Assembly: GCA_019240405.1 (NCBI GenBank)
Contig: JAFAYL010000023.1
Location: 34,498-98,497, forward strand
Source of the DNA: Acidobacteriaceae bacterium
GTDB lineage: Bacteria; Acidobacteriota; Terriglobia; Bryobacterales; Bryobacteraceae
Reading direction: 5' to 3'
Length of the DNA stretch: 64,000 nucleotides
Positions 31,359 through 41,363 of this stretch are shown here, piece after piece (positions within the stretch are counted from its first letter, which is position 1; every line of letters begins with the position of its first letter). The notes below the pieces were generated by a model. The model made no database searches. It saw only the letters and a program-made list of their open reading frames with translations, and was not told the DNA's origin. The translations under genes were made by a program, and so were the position numbers.

Positions 31359-33572
31359 GTGAACTCTGTTGCGAGTGCCGCGATTAGCTCTTGGGCGCTC
31401 GATGGGCGCGTTATCGCGATACTGCTGATCACGGTGGCAGTGTATGTGCGCGGCTGGATGCGAGCGCGCCGTGTGTTCCGGCATGAGAAAGATTTCCTGC
31501 GGTTGTGGACCTTTCTTGCGGGCCTAGCAGTCCTGTTCTTCGCGACTGAATCGCCGATTGCGACCCTAGACGGTTTCTTTCTTTTGGCGCACATGACGCA
31601 GCATTTGTTGCTGATGATGGTGGCGCCTCCGTTGGTGCTGTTGGGTTATCCGACACTCCCGCTGCTGCGTGGATTGCCTCGCACATTTGTTAAGGAAGGG
31701 CTAGGTCCGTTCCTCTCCTGGCCAGTGTTGCAACGGGTTCTGCGATGGCTGACCTCGCCGCCGATCGCCCTGCTTGCTTTTGCGGTGAGTACCATCGTTT
31801 GGCATTTCCCGAGAATCTATGAGCTCGCGTTGCGGTCTTCAACCTGGCACGGTGTTCAGCATGCATGTTTCTTCTGGACAGGCATTCTTTTTTGGTGGCA
31901 CATCGTGCAGCCGGGACCGGGGAGAGCGCGGTGGCCGCGCTGGACGGCGATTCCGATGCTGCTCATCGCTGATGTTTTGAACACGGCATTATCGGCGTTT
32001 TTCGTGTTTTCGGGACGGCTGCTTTATCCCGTATATGAAACGGTGCGCATCGGCCGTATGGGTGCCCAGGAGGATCAGACGATTGCCGGATTGATCATGT
32101 GGGTTCCGGGATCGATCATTTATCTCGTACCTGCATTTGTGATCGCGATGAGCCTTTTATCGGGTACGCGGATGAGGCGGGCGAATCCGATCATCAAGCG
32201 AACCGACAGGGCAGCGCCACCGCCTGTAAAGGGAGCTTCAAGATTGCCCGCGCTGAGGCGAGTGGCGCAATTCACGATGGCGATGATCGCGATAGGCGTG
32301 ATGGTAGATGGATTTCGGGGACCCCAAGTGGCGCCGCTGAATGCTGCGGGAGTGCTGCCGTGGATTCATTGGCGGGCGTTTTCGGTGTTGGCGTTGTTAA
32401 TTGTCGGAAACCTCTTCTGCATGGCGTGTCCTTTCACATTGGTTCGCGACGTGGGGCGGATCATTCTGCCCGCGAGATTGCGCTGGCCTCGATGGCTGCG
32501 AACGAAGTGGATTCCAGCGGCGCTTCTGGTGATTTATTTCTGGGCTTATGAGTCCTTCAATTTGTGGGACAGCCCGTGGCTGACGGCGTGGATCATTGCG
32601 GGGTATTTCACGGCCGCCCTAATGATTGACGGGATCTTTCGGGGCGCCAGCTTTTGTAAGTATGTTTGTCCCATCGGGCAGTTTCAGTTTGTGAGCTCGT
32701 TGGTTTCTCCTGGCGAGATCCGAGTGCGCAGCCGCAAAGTTTGCCAGAGCTGCCGGACTCACGATTGCATTCGCGGCAATGAGCGTGCGCGGGGATGCGA
32801 GCTGTACCTATTTCAGCCCAAAAAGGCCGGGAGTCTCGATTGCACGTTTTGCCTGGATTGCGTAAAGGCGTGCCCGCACGAAAATGTTGCGCTGCTTCCG
32901 GTTGCTCCCGCGAGCACGTTAATTGGCGATCCCTATCGCTCGTCACTGGGCCGATTATCGGAGCGCAGCGATGTTGCTGTAATGGCATTGCTGATCGTAT
33001 TTGGCGCGTTTTTGAATGCGGCCGGAATGATCGCTCCGGTTATGGCATGGGAGCATAGCTGGCATACGCGCTTGGGCCCACATACGATGCCGATGATCGT
33101 GGGCGCGATTGTGGGGCTGGGACTGTGCGTGATTCCGGCTTTCGTTGTATTTACTTGCCGGATTTTGAATGGGCTCGTGGACTCGGTTAGAAATTTATCT
33201 GATGTCGCTCGACGATTTGTGCTCGCGCTGGTGCCGATTGGATTCGCAATGTGGGTTGCGCATCTCCTCTATCACCTGGCGATTGGATGGAAAGCCGCTT
33301 GGCCGGTTGTGCAGCGTATCGTGGTAGGCAAGATAACCGCTTTTTCGGCGGCCGTGATCCCGGCTTGGGTTACTCCGGTTCAGTTAATTACGCTCGATGC
33401 CGGGCTGATTCTCACACTTTATGCCAGTTGGCGCGTGGCTTCGCAATATGCCGGTCGACTGCGCAGTGCGGTCGCGCTTGCCGCGCCCTGGGCCGTGCTT
33501 TCCTGCGGGCTTTACATGGCAGGCGTGTGGATCTTTTTCCAACCAATGCAGATGCGCGGCATGTTGCATTGA
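31359..33572 (+). CDS. fusion protein: Caa3_CtaG-type oxidase assembly domain plus NapH/FixG(CcoG)-type membrane polyferredoxin
   Basis: The N-terminal ~270 aa carry LLAHMTQHLLLMMVAPPLVLLG and WHGVQHACFFWTG (CtaG_caa3 pattern). The C-terminal ~450 aa carry CMACP, CKYVCPIG, CQSCRTHDC and CTFCLDCVKACP plus extra TM helices. Confidence 0.7.
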   Translation: MNSVASAAISSWALDGRVIAILLITVAVYVRGWMRARRVFRHEKDFLRLWTFLAGLAVLFFATESPIATLDGFFLLAHMTQHLLLMMVAPPLVLLGYPTLPLLRGLPRTFVKEGLGPFLSWPVLQRVLRWLTSPPIALLAFAVSTIVWHFPRIYELALRSSTWHGVQHACFFWTGILFWWHIVQPGPGRARWPRWTAIPMLLIADVLNTALSAFFVFSGRLLYPVYETVRIGRMGAQEDQTIAGLIMWVPGSIIYLVPAFVIAMSLLSGTRMRRANPIIKRTDRAAPPPVKGASRLPALRRVAQFTMAMIAIGVMVDGFRGPQVAPLNAAGVLPWIHWRAFSVLALLIVGNLFCMACPFTLVRDVGRIILPARLRWPRWLRTKWIPAALLVIYFWAYESFNLWDSPWLTAWIIAGYFTAALMIDGIFRGASFCKYVCPIGQFQFVSSLVSPGEIRVRSRKVCQSCRTHDCIRGNERARGCELYLFQPKKAGSLDCTFCLDCVKACPHENVALLPVAPASTLIGDPYRSSLGRLSERSDVAVMALLIVFGAFLNAAGMIAPVMAWEHSWHTRLGPHTMPMIVGAIVGLGLCVIPAFVVFTCRILNGLVDSVRNLSDVARRFVLALVPIGFAMWVAHLLYHLAIGWKAAWPVVQRIVVGKITAFSAAVIPAWVTPVQLITLDAGLILTLYASWRVASQYAGRLRSAVALAAPWAVLSCGLYMAGVWIFFQPMQMRGMLH

Positions 33573-34099
33573 GCCGAGCCGTCGGCCTTCGTTCACGCAT
33601 TCTGATTGGGCTGTGGGTCAGTACGCTGCTGCTTGGCGATGGAGGCACAGTGCAATTTCAAAAGCGAGCGGGGCCATTCTACGTAACTCTTTTCAGCGCG
33701 CCTGTTCCGCTCAAAGCGGGAATTGCAGATCTGAGTGTTCTAGTGCAAACCGCGGAGGACCGAAGCGAGGTTCTGGATTGCGATGTGAAGTTGACGTTAT
33801 CCAAGCCGGGGGATCGAGATGTAATTGTTCATGCGACACGAGCACAAGCGACAAATAAGTTGTTATACGCGGCTTCGGTGATGCTATCTTCGGCGGGAAA
33901 GTGGAATGTGGTTGTCGAGATAACGAGGCAACGCGAGGCGTTCGATGTTGCCGGTGAGATCGACGTCTCTCCCCCGGAGACTCGCCTGGTTACGTACTGG
34001 CCTTATTTTGCAGTGCTGCCGGTTGCGATAACGCTGTTCATTTTGAATCAGCGATTGAAGCAAAGACGGAGACTCAGTTCTCCGCGAGCACGGCCATAG
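33569..34099 (+). CDS. FixH/YtkA-like small periplasmic protein with C-terminal TM anchor
   Basis: TTG start in a TTGA overlap with the preceding stop. Signal-like N-terminus, a beta-rich body (LSVLVQTAEDRSEVLDCDVKLTL...GKWNVVVEI), and the TM anchor YWPYFAVLPVAITLFIL. Family call is by architecture and position only. Confidence 0.45.
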   Translation: MSRAVGLRSRILIGLWVSTLLLGDGGTVQFQKRAGPFYVTLFSAPVPLKAGIADLSVLVQTAEDRSEVLDCDVKLTLSKPGDRDVIVHATRAQATNKLLYAASVMLSSAGKWNVVVEITRQREAFDVAGEIDVSPPETRLVTYWPYFAVLPVAITLFILNQRLKQRRRLSSPRARP

Positions 34100-35666
34100 C
34101 TGCATTGCGGCCGTTCATCGCAATGACGCTACCGCCGGGGTGCGTGCACGCGCCGCAGAGATAAATGCCCTGCATTGGTGTTTTTGCGCGCAGGCGATTA
34201 CTCCACATATATTGCGGCAGGCACTCGCCTTGGAAAATATGTCCGCCTGTTAGCCCAACTCTCTTTTCGATATCGGATGGCCCGAGAACCTGAGCATCTA
34301 TGACGGCATCAGGGATATTGCTGCAGAATCGAGCGATTGCAGAGAGGGCAAGCTGCTTGGCTTGTTCTCGATAGTCATCCCAGTTGCCGTTTGCGAATAC
34401 AGTAGGCACGTACTGCGAAAAGACACTCATGGTGTGCGTGCCGGGAGGCGCGACGCTCGGATCGTGCGCGCTTTGGAAGTAGAGCTCGGTCCAAAGATTT
34501 TCGGGCAAACGGCCGTCGCGAGCGGCCGTGTAACTCGCTTTCCACTGCTGTTTTGTCAGCGGCGTGTTGATCTGTCCGAAGTGATGAGCTTCGCAAACGC
34601 CTGGCCTCGCACGGAAATTCGGCAATTCCCGAAGCCAGACATTCAGCTTGAGAGTGCAGCCCTGAATCGGGACGGATTCCACTTGCGCGCGCCATGCCGG
34701 ATCGGCCGCATCGCCCAGGAGACGCAACGTCGCGCGTGGGTCCGCGTTAGAGATTACGGTTCGCGCCTGGATGTGTTCTCCACCTTCGAGCAGCACGCCC
34801 TCGCCGGGAAGAATCTGCGACACTGGAAGGCCCGCAGCGATCACTGCGCCAGCTTCTTGAGCGGCATCGCACAAGAAGAACGAGACCATGCCCATGCCGC
34901 CTTGCACGTAACCCCAAGTGCCGGGAAATCCGCCAAGGCGGCCCGAGGAGTGATGGAAGCGAATGGAGGCAGTGCCAGGATCAAAAGGGCTGGCGTTTGT
35001 TCCGATGACACCTTGGCCGAGATAGCCATATTGGAGCCGCTCGTCCTGAAGATAATGCTCGACGAATTCCGACATCGACCATTTGAAGAGCATTGAACGA
35101 GCTTCCTCGTCGTTGCCGAGACGATCTTCGATCTGTTCTCGCGTGGGCGGCTCCCCGATCCAGATGTCGCGTTCGTTGGACGGCCGGAGTGCGTCTCGAG
35201 TTCGGCGGATTACGTCTGACATTGCGCGCCAACCGGCGAGATCACGAGGTGAGAAGCGAGCGATCTCGGCATCGCATTGTTCGTCGTCTTCATCGAGCTG
35301 AATGCTGCTGCCGTCGTCGAAAGGAATAAAGAGGCCGTTGAGCGCAGGCGTCCAGGAGTAACCGCGCTCGGGCAATTCCAATTCCTCTATAACCAGCGGG
35401 TGCAGCAACCCTGCAAGATAAGCACAGGGCGACATGCGAACGCCGGGCCAAGGTTCTTCAATGGTGCATGCGCCCCCAATGCGCTCGCGAGACTCAAGAA
35501 CCAGAACACGTTTTGCAGCCCGTGCAAGATAGGCAGCGCAAGTAAGTCCGTTGTGTCCCGCGCCGACGATAACAGCGTCCCAACGCTGTGCAGCCAACTC
35601 GCGAACCGGCGCGGGAAGGCCGATAAGGCCGAGGGATTGAACCGCGGAGCGATTGTTTGACGACAA
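34074..35666 (-). CDS. phytoene-desaturase-family NAD(P)/FAD-dependent oxidoreductase
   Basis: The dinucleotide fold DAVIVGAGHNGLTCAAYLARAAKRVLVLESRERIGGA and the C-terminal GGSVIAMNGRNAA. Length 530 aa. Confidence 0.75.
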   Translation of the reverse strand: MSSNNRSAVQSLGLIGLPAPVRELAAQRWDAVIVGAGHNGLTCAAYLARAAKRVLVLESRERIGGACTIEEPWPGVRMSPCAYLAGLLHPLVIEELELPERGYSWTPALNGLFIPFDDGSSIQLDEDDEQCDAEIARFSPRDLAGWRAMSDVIRRTRDALRPSNERDIWIGEPPTREQIEDRLGNDEEARSMLFKWSMSEFVEHYLQDERLQYGYLGQGVIGTNASPFDPGTASIRFHHSSGRLGGFPGTWGYVQGGMGMVSFFLCDAAQEAGAVIAAGLPVSQILPGEGVLLEGGEHIQARTVISNADPRATLRLLGDAADPAWRAQVESVPIQGCTLKLNVWLRELPNFRARPGVCEAHHFGQINTPLTKQQWKASYTAARDGRLPENLWTELYFQSAHDPSVAPPGTHTMSVFSQYVPTVFANGNWDDYREQAKQLALSAIARFCSNIPDAVIDAQVLGPSDIEKRVGLTGGHIFQGECLPQYMWSNRLRAKTPMQGIYLCGACTHPGGSVIAMNGRNAAMAVLAEN

Positions 35667-35690
35667 GTGGTTGCCAGTCTGGCGTTCCGC

Positions 35691-38429
35691 TTAGGCTGTC
35701 CTTTGCGCTTCCGCTTTGCCATCGCCTGACATGGCGGCTTGGGCGGCCGCGAGACGAGCTATGGGGACGCGATAGGGCGAGCACGAAACGTAATCCATGC
35801 CGATGCGGTAACAGAACTCGACCGAACTCGGTTCTCCGCCATGCTCACCACAGATGCCGATTTCGAGATCGGGCCGCGCCTTGCGGCCTAGTTTTACGGC
35901 GTGTTCGATGACTTTGCCAACGCCATCCTGATCGAGTACAGCGAAAGGATCGGCTTTGAAGATCTTTAGATCTTCATATTGCTTGGAAAATTTCGTGTAG
36001 TCGTCGCGGGACAGACCCATGGTCGTTTGCGTGAGATCGTTCGTGCCGAAACTGAAAAATTCCGCTTGCTGGGCGATTTCGTTGGCCGTCATCGCTGCAC
36101 GCGGGATCTCGATCATCGTGCCGACGTAATATTTCAAGTCGCTCAATCCCGCTTCGCGCAAGACCTCTTCAGCGACTTTCGTGACGATAGCCTTTTGATT
36201 CTCCAGCTCCTTGACGCTGCCTACGAGAGGGATCATGACTTCCGGGATGACGTTGATGCCTTTCTTTTTGACGTGAACGGCAGCTTCGAAAATGGCGCGC
36301 GCCTGCATCTCCGTAATCTCCGGATAGGTGATGCCGAGGCGGCAGCCACGATGGCCTAGCATCGGATTAAATTCATGGAGTTCCTCAACGCGCCTTAACA
36401 GCTCCGGCAACTGCTTCTTCAGCTCCGGAACCGGAATGCCGTACGTTGTAGCCATTTCCTTTTTATCTTTGGGAGAGGCGCTCGGGAGCTTGGCGATATC
36501 AACCATCAAGTTCTCGCGTTTGGGCAGAAACTCGTGGAGTGGCGGATCGAGGGTGCGGATCACGACAGGGAAGCCGTCCATCACTTGAAAGAGCCCGGCA
36601 AAATCTCTGCGCTGCATAGGCAGGAGCTTCTGGAGCGCTTTCTTGCGGCTCTTCGCGTCACGAGCCAGGATCATCGTTTGCATGTGCGCGATGCGATCTT
36701 CTGCGAAGAACATGTGCTCGGTGCGGCAAAGGCCGATGCCTTCGGCCCCGTATAAGCGGGCCTGCTTTGCATCGCGCGGAATGTCGGCATTTGCGCGCAC
36801 GCCGAATTTGCCGCGAAATTCATCCGCCCAATGCATGAACGTCGCGAAATAATGCGATTTTGGATCGGGATCATTGGTTTTGCATTGGCCGAGATACACC
36901 TCGCCCAGGGTTCCATCGAGCGAGATCCAATCGCCTTGTTTTAAAACGGTCTTCTTACCTTCAAACAGAATTGTGGCTTCTTTTGTTTCCTCATTGATCG
37001 CGAGCGAGGATGCGCCCACGACGCACGGGCGGCCCATTCCACGGGCCACAACGGCCGCATGACTGGTGAGCCCACCGACAGCGGTGAGGATGCCTTTCGA
37101 CACATCCATTCCGTGTATATCGTCCGGGGTTGTTTCCTTGCGGACGAGAAGAACTGGGCCGCCCGAAGACATTTCGACAGCGTCCTCCGACGTGAATGCA
37201 GCTCGTCCGACTGCTGCCCCGGGCGAGGCGGGGAGTCCGGCTGCAATTTTCTGAAGCCCTTTCCGCATGGCAGGGTCGAGCACAGGGTGCAGAAGCTGAT
37301 CGAGTTGCGCAGGGGCGACGCGCTGCACGGCTTCTTTTTTCGAGATGAGTTTTTCTTCCACCATGTCGACGGCGATGCGCACGGCGGCTGGACCTGTTCG
37401 CTTGCCGTTTCGAGTTTGGAGCATGTATAGCTTGCCCTCTTCGATGGTGAACTCGAAATCCTGGACATCCCGATAATGCTTTTCAAGATTCGCGGTGATC
37501 TCTCGAAGCTGTTTGTAGGCCTCAGGCATTACCTGTTCGAGCTCGGCGATCGGCTGAGGGGTGCGAATACCGGCGACGACATCTTCACCCTGCGCATTCA
37601 CCAGAAATTCGCCATAGAAGACCCGTTCGCCCGTCGATGGATTCCGCGTAAATCCAACTCCGGTGCCGGAATGCTCGCCCATATTGCCGAAGACCATGGC
37701 CTGAACGTTCGCGGCGGTGCCGATTGAATCCGGAATATTTTCCATTCGCCGGTAGTAGACAGCTTTGGGCGTATTCCACGAATTGAACACGGCGTCACGC
37801 GCGAGGATCAATTGCTCTTGTGGATCCTGAGGAAAATCCTTGCCGGTTTCCTTCTTCAACAAATTCTTGTACTCGGCGATGATGGTTTCCAGATCTTCGG
37901 CTGTCAGATCCGTGTCTAGCTTCGCTTTGATCTTCGCTTTCCGCGCATCAAATATGTGATCGAATTTGGCCATGTCTATGTGAAGGGCGACTTCGCCAAA
38001 CATCTGGATGAAGCGGCGATAGCAGTCGTAAGCAAAGCGCGGATTGCCCGTTTTCCTGGCGAGAGCTTCGGTCGATTGATCATTAAGGCCGAGGTTCAGA
38101 ATCGTGTTCATCATGCCTGGCATAGAGAACTTCGCGCCGGAGCGCACACTGACGAGCAGCGGATCATCTGCTCCGCCGAACTGCTTGCCTATTTGTTTTT
38201 CGAGCTTGGCAAGGGCATCGTGGATCTGATCATCTACAAGTTTGGGAACTTGATTGCCGTGCTCAAAGAAGAGATTGCAAACTTCTGTGGAGATGGTGAA
38301 ACCCGGCGGGACAGGGACGCCTGCTTTGCTCATTTCCGCGAGGCCGGCGCCTTTACCCCCGAGAATATCGCGCATCTTTCCGTCGCCATCGGCATGGCCT
38401 TGTCCAAATGAGTAAACGTACTTTTTCAT
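35691..38429 (-). CDS. ppdK: pyruvate, phosphate dikinase
   Basis: Length 912 aa. The N-terminus MKKYVYSFG.GHADGDG..RDILGGKGAGLAEM, the phospho-His loop GGLTSHAAVVARGMG, and the C-terminal PEP-utilising TIM barrel (FFSFGTNDLTQ). Confidence 0.95.
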   Translation of the reverse strand: MKKYVYSFGQGHADGDGKMRDILGGKGAGLAEMSKAGVPVPPGFTISTEVCNLFFEHGNQVPKLVDDQIHDALAKLEKQIGKQFGGADDPLLVSVRSGAKFSMPGMMNTILNLGLNDQSTEALARKTGNPRFAYDCYRRFIQMFGEVALHIDMAKFDHIFDARKAKIKAKLDTDLTAEDLETIIAEYKNLLKKETGKDFPQDPQEQLILARDAVFNSWNTPKAVYYRRMENIPDSIGTAANVQAMVFGNMGEHSGTGVGFTRNPSTGERVFYGEFLVNAQGEDVVAGIRTPQPIAELEQVMPEAYKQLREITANLEKHYRDVQDFEFTIEEGKLYMLQTRNGKRTGPAAVRIAVDMVEEKLISKKEAVQRVAPAQLDQLLHPVLDPAMRKGLQKIAAGLPASPGAAVGRAAFTSEDAVEMSSGGPVLLVRKETTPDDIHGMDVSKGILTAVGGLTSHAAVVARGMGRPCVVGASSLAINEETKEATILFEGKKTVLKQGDWISLDGTLGEVYLGQCKTNDPDPKSHYFATFMHWADEFRGKFGVRANADIPRDAKQARLYGAEGIGLCRTEHMFFAEDRIAHMQTMILARDAKSRKKALQKLLPMQRRDFAGLFQVMDGFPVVIRTLDPPLHEFLPKRENLMVDIAKLPSASPKDKKEMATTYGIPVPELKKQLPELLRRVEELHEFNPMLGHRGCRLGITYPEITEMQARAIFEAAVHVKKKGINVIPEVMIPLVGSVKELENQKAIVTKVAEEVLREAGLSDLKYYVGTMIEIPRAAMTANEIAQQAEFFSFGTNDLTQTTMGLSRDDYTKFSKQYEDLKIFKADPFAVLDQDGVGKVIEHAVKLGRKARPDLEIGICGEHGGEPSSVEFCYRIGMDYVSCSPYRVPIARLAAAQAAMSGDGKAEAQRTA

Positions 38430-38450
38430 GAAATCTTTCGTCTCCTGGTA

Positions 38451-40436
38451 TTAGGCTGCCGTTGAGCTCGGAACTATTTCCGAAAAGTCGGCTATGGTTG
38501 AAAATTCGCTGAGCAAGCTCTGCAAAAGCGCTAAGCGGTTATGCCGGATGTCAGGATCCGGATCGTTCACTAGAACTTTGTCGAAGAAGAGGTCCACTTG
38601 CGGCCGAAGCGAAGCGATTGCCGCCAATTTATCGGCGTATGAGGAGTCTTTGGCAGCCTCTTCGCGAACGCGCAGGAAGGCGCGAAAGAGATCCTGTTCG
38701 GGACCTAGGCTCAATAGATTTTCCTCTGGAAGTCGATGTTCTTCGAATTTGGCTTGAATAAGGATGTTCTTGATCCGTTTGAAGCTGGCGGCAAGCGGCT
38801 CGAAATCCGCAGTGCGGCGCACGTGGTGGACAGCGTTCGCGCGGTTTGCGAGATCGTGCAGGGTAGTTCCAGGGGCCGCCATGACCGCATTCACTTCGTC
38901 GACGTCATATTCGAGTACGTTACGCAGGTAGAACTGGATACGCTCGCGAATGAACTCGGCGAGATCCGGAATGCCCTCAGCGAACGGCATCACATTCAAC
39001 GACAGCTTCCCTTCGAACAGGATTTTCACGACACCCTGTGCCGCACGTCGAAGAGCAAAAGGATCCTTTGAGCCTGTCGGAATCAAGTCAATTCTAAAAC
39101 ACTCGCGAAGTGTGTCGAGCTTGTCGGCAAGAGCGAGGACTTGGCCCTCCAGCGTACGGGGAATCGAGTCTTCCATGCTGAGCGGCTTGTAATGATCGTA
39201 AATTGCTGTCGCGACCGCTTTGCTTTCTCCCTGAGCTCTTGCGTAGAGGCCACCGACGATTCCCTGCAATTCGGTGAACTCTTTAACCATTTCGGTCGTG
39301 AGGTCACATTTCGAGAGAAGGGACGCACGTTCAACCGTATTTTGATCCGCACCGGTCTCAGAACTCACTTCTCGCGCGAGTGCAACGACGCGATCCGTTT
39401 TTTCCTTATAAGTCCCGAGCTTCGCGTGAAATGTAATTTTGGCGAGGTCTGGGATCCTCGCCTGAAGCGGCTTGTGCTGATCAACATTCCAGAAGAACCG
39501 CGCGTCGTTGAAGCGCGCGCGAAGGACACGCTCGTTGCCCTGACGGATCAGCCCGTCCGGATCTCCGTCCGTGTTGGTGACAGCCACAAACTCCGGAGCG
39601 AGGGATCCGTCCAGGTTTACGACTGCAAAATACCGCTGATGGTGGCGCATCACCGTCGAAAGAATCTCTTCAGGCAACTCCAGGTATCTGCGATCGAATG
39701 CACCGCGGATCGGAGTTGGAAATTCGGTCAGGTAGACAAGCGTTCTGAGGAGATCAGCATCGCGCCGCACGTCTGATCCGAGGCTGGCTTCGATGCGTTG
39801 CCTCCGCTCTTCCGCGCGGACGATTACAAAATTTCTTTGTAGCTCTTCGAAGTACGTGTCAATGGTGACGCGAACCGGGTCTTTTGATCCAAGAATGCGA
39901 TGGCCCTGCGTTGTATTTCCAGATTTCACGCCAGCGACTTCGAATGGGACGATGTCATTCTCTAACAGCGCGAGAATCCACCGAATGGGTCGGATGAAGC
40001 GGACGCCGGACTTGCCGGTCCAATACATCGATTTCGGAAAATGAACCTCCGAGATAACCTCAGGAAGCTTAGCACTCAAGGCGTCCGGAATTCGCTGCCC
40101 TTTGGTGAGCTGATGAAAGACGAAGCGCTCGCCTTTCGTGTCCTGAATTCTGTCCAGCTCGACAACGGTTGCGCCCCATTTGCGCGCAAAACCCTCGGCG
40201 GCTTTTTCTCCGGCCGAAATATAGGGGCCGGGCACCACCGTTTGCACATCAGGGGCTTGTTCTGAAAGATCTTTCGCTAACAGCACTATCCGCCGCGGCG
40301 TTGCTTCAGTGATAAACGCTGACCCTGCGAATGCGCAAAGCGCCGCCTTAAAACGCGTTCTCAGATTTTCAACCGCGGGTTCGATCATCCAATCCGGAAT
40401 TTCTTCCGTGCCGATTTCGAGCAGAAAATCCGGCAT
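38451..40436 (-). CDS. glyS: glycine--tRNA ligase beta subunit
   Basis: [14 protein letters not shown] start, 661 aa, immediately downstream of glyQ with a 1-nt overlap. Confidence 0.9.
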   Translation of the reverse strand: MPDFLLEIGTEEIPDWMIEPAVENLRTRFKAALCAFAGSAFITEATPRRIVLLAKDLSEQAPDVQTVVPGPYISAGEKAAEGFARKWGATVVELDRIQDTKGERFVFHQLTKGQRIPDALSAKLPEVISEVHFPKSMYWTGKSGVRFIRPIRWILALLENDIVPFEVAGVKSGNTTQGHRILGSKDPVRVTIDTYFEELQRNFVIVRAEERRQRIEASLGSDVRRDADLLRTLVYLTEFPTPIRGAFDRRYLELPEEILSTVMRHHQRYFAVVNLDGSLAPEFVAVTNTDGDPDGLIRQGNERVLRARFNDARFFWNVDQHKPLQARIPDLAKITFHAKLGTYKEKTDRVVALAREVSSETGADQNTVERASLLSKCDLTTEMVKEFTELQGIVGGLYARAQGESKAVATAIYDHYKPLSMEDSIPRTLEGQVLALADKLDTLRECFRIDLIPTGSKDPFALRRAAQGVVKILFEGKLSLNVMPFAEGIPDLAEFIRERIQFYLRNVLEYDVDEVNAVMAAPGTTLHDLANRANAVHHVRRTADFEPLAASFKRIKNILIQAKFEEHRLPEENLLSLGPEQDLFRAFLRVREEAAKDSSYADKLAAIASLRPQVDLFFDKVLVNDPDPDIRHNRLALLQSLLSEFSTIADFSEIVPSSTAA

Positions 40437-41329
40437 TATGCCAACGCCTCTTCATGAGCAAACTTCTGTTGCACCCACGCTTCGGCCACGCCGACAGCTA
40501 AGCGGCGGACTCGCGCGATTACGCCGACACGTTCCGTAACGCTGATCGCTCCGCGCGCATCGAGCATGTTGAAAATATGCGAGCATTTGAGCGCTAGATC
40601 ATAGGCGGGCAGCACAGGGAAGTTGTCTTTCGCTTCCGTTTTGTTAAAGAGCTGGAGAAGCCGGTGGCACTCGCGCTCGTGCAGCTCAAATTCCTGCCAT
40701 AGCCCGGAAACGTCTGCCACTTCGAAATTGTAAGCGGAAAACTGTTGCTCCTCTGCAAGCCGCACATCTTTGTATTTCACCCCGGGTGCCCACTCGATGT
40801 CATACACGCTCTCGACATTTTGCAGAAAGGCGACGATACGTTCGAGACCGTACGTAATCTCGGCTGGAACGAGATCGAGATCCATTCCCCCGCATTGCTG
40901 AAAGTAAGTGAACTGCGTAATTTCGAGACCGTCGAGCATGACTTGCCAGCCGATGCCCCAAGCGCCCAAGGTTGGAGCCTCCCAATTATCTTCTTCAAAC
41001 TTGATGTCGTGCTTTTTTAGATTGATGCCGATCGCTTCGAGGCTGCCAAGATACTGATCGAGCACGTCATCAGGGCTAGGTTTGAGAATGACTTGCAGTT
41101 GCTGATGTTTATATAAGCGATTTGGATTCTCACCGTAGCGACCATCAGCGGGGCGGCGGCTCGGCTGCACATATGCAACTTTGTAAGGTTTGGGACCAAG
41201 AACACGCAAAAACGTTTCCGGCGCCATCGTGCCGGCTCCTACTTCGAGGTCGTACGGTTCCTGAATCACGGCGCCGCGATCGGCCCAATAGCGCTTCAGC
41301 TTGAAAATCGTGTCTTGGTAAGAGTCCAT
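40436..41329 (-). CDS. glyQ: glycine--tRNA ligase alpha subunit
   Basis: FQDTI..L..YW...G pattern ([24 protein letters not shown]), 297 aa. Confidence 0.95.
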   Translation of the reverse strand: MDSYQDTIFKLKRYWADRGAVIQEPYDLEVGAGTMAPETFLRVLGPKPYKVAYVQPSRRPADGRYGENPNRLYKHQQLQVILKPSPDDVLDQYLGSLEAIGINLKKHDIKFEEDNWEAPTLGAWGIGWQVMLDGLEITQFTYFQQCGGMDLDLVPAEITYGLERIVAFLQNVESVYDIEWAPGVKYKDVRLAEEQQFSAYNFEVADVSGLWQEFELHERECHRLLQLFNKTEAKDNFPVLPAYDLALKCSHIFNMLDARGAISVTERVGVIARVRRLAVGVAEAWVQQKFAHEEALA

Positions 41330-41363
41330 TGAATTTGACTGAAGGTTTTCGAGCGCGTCACGT

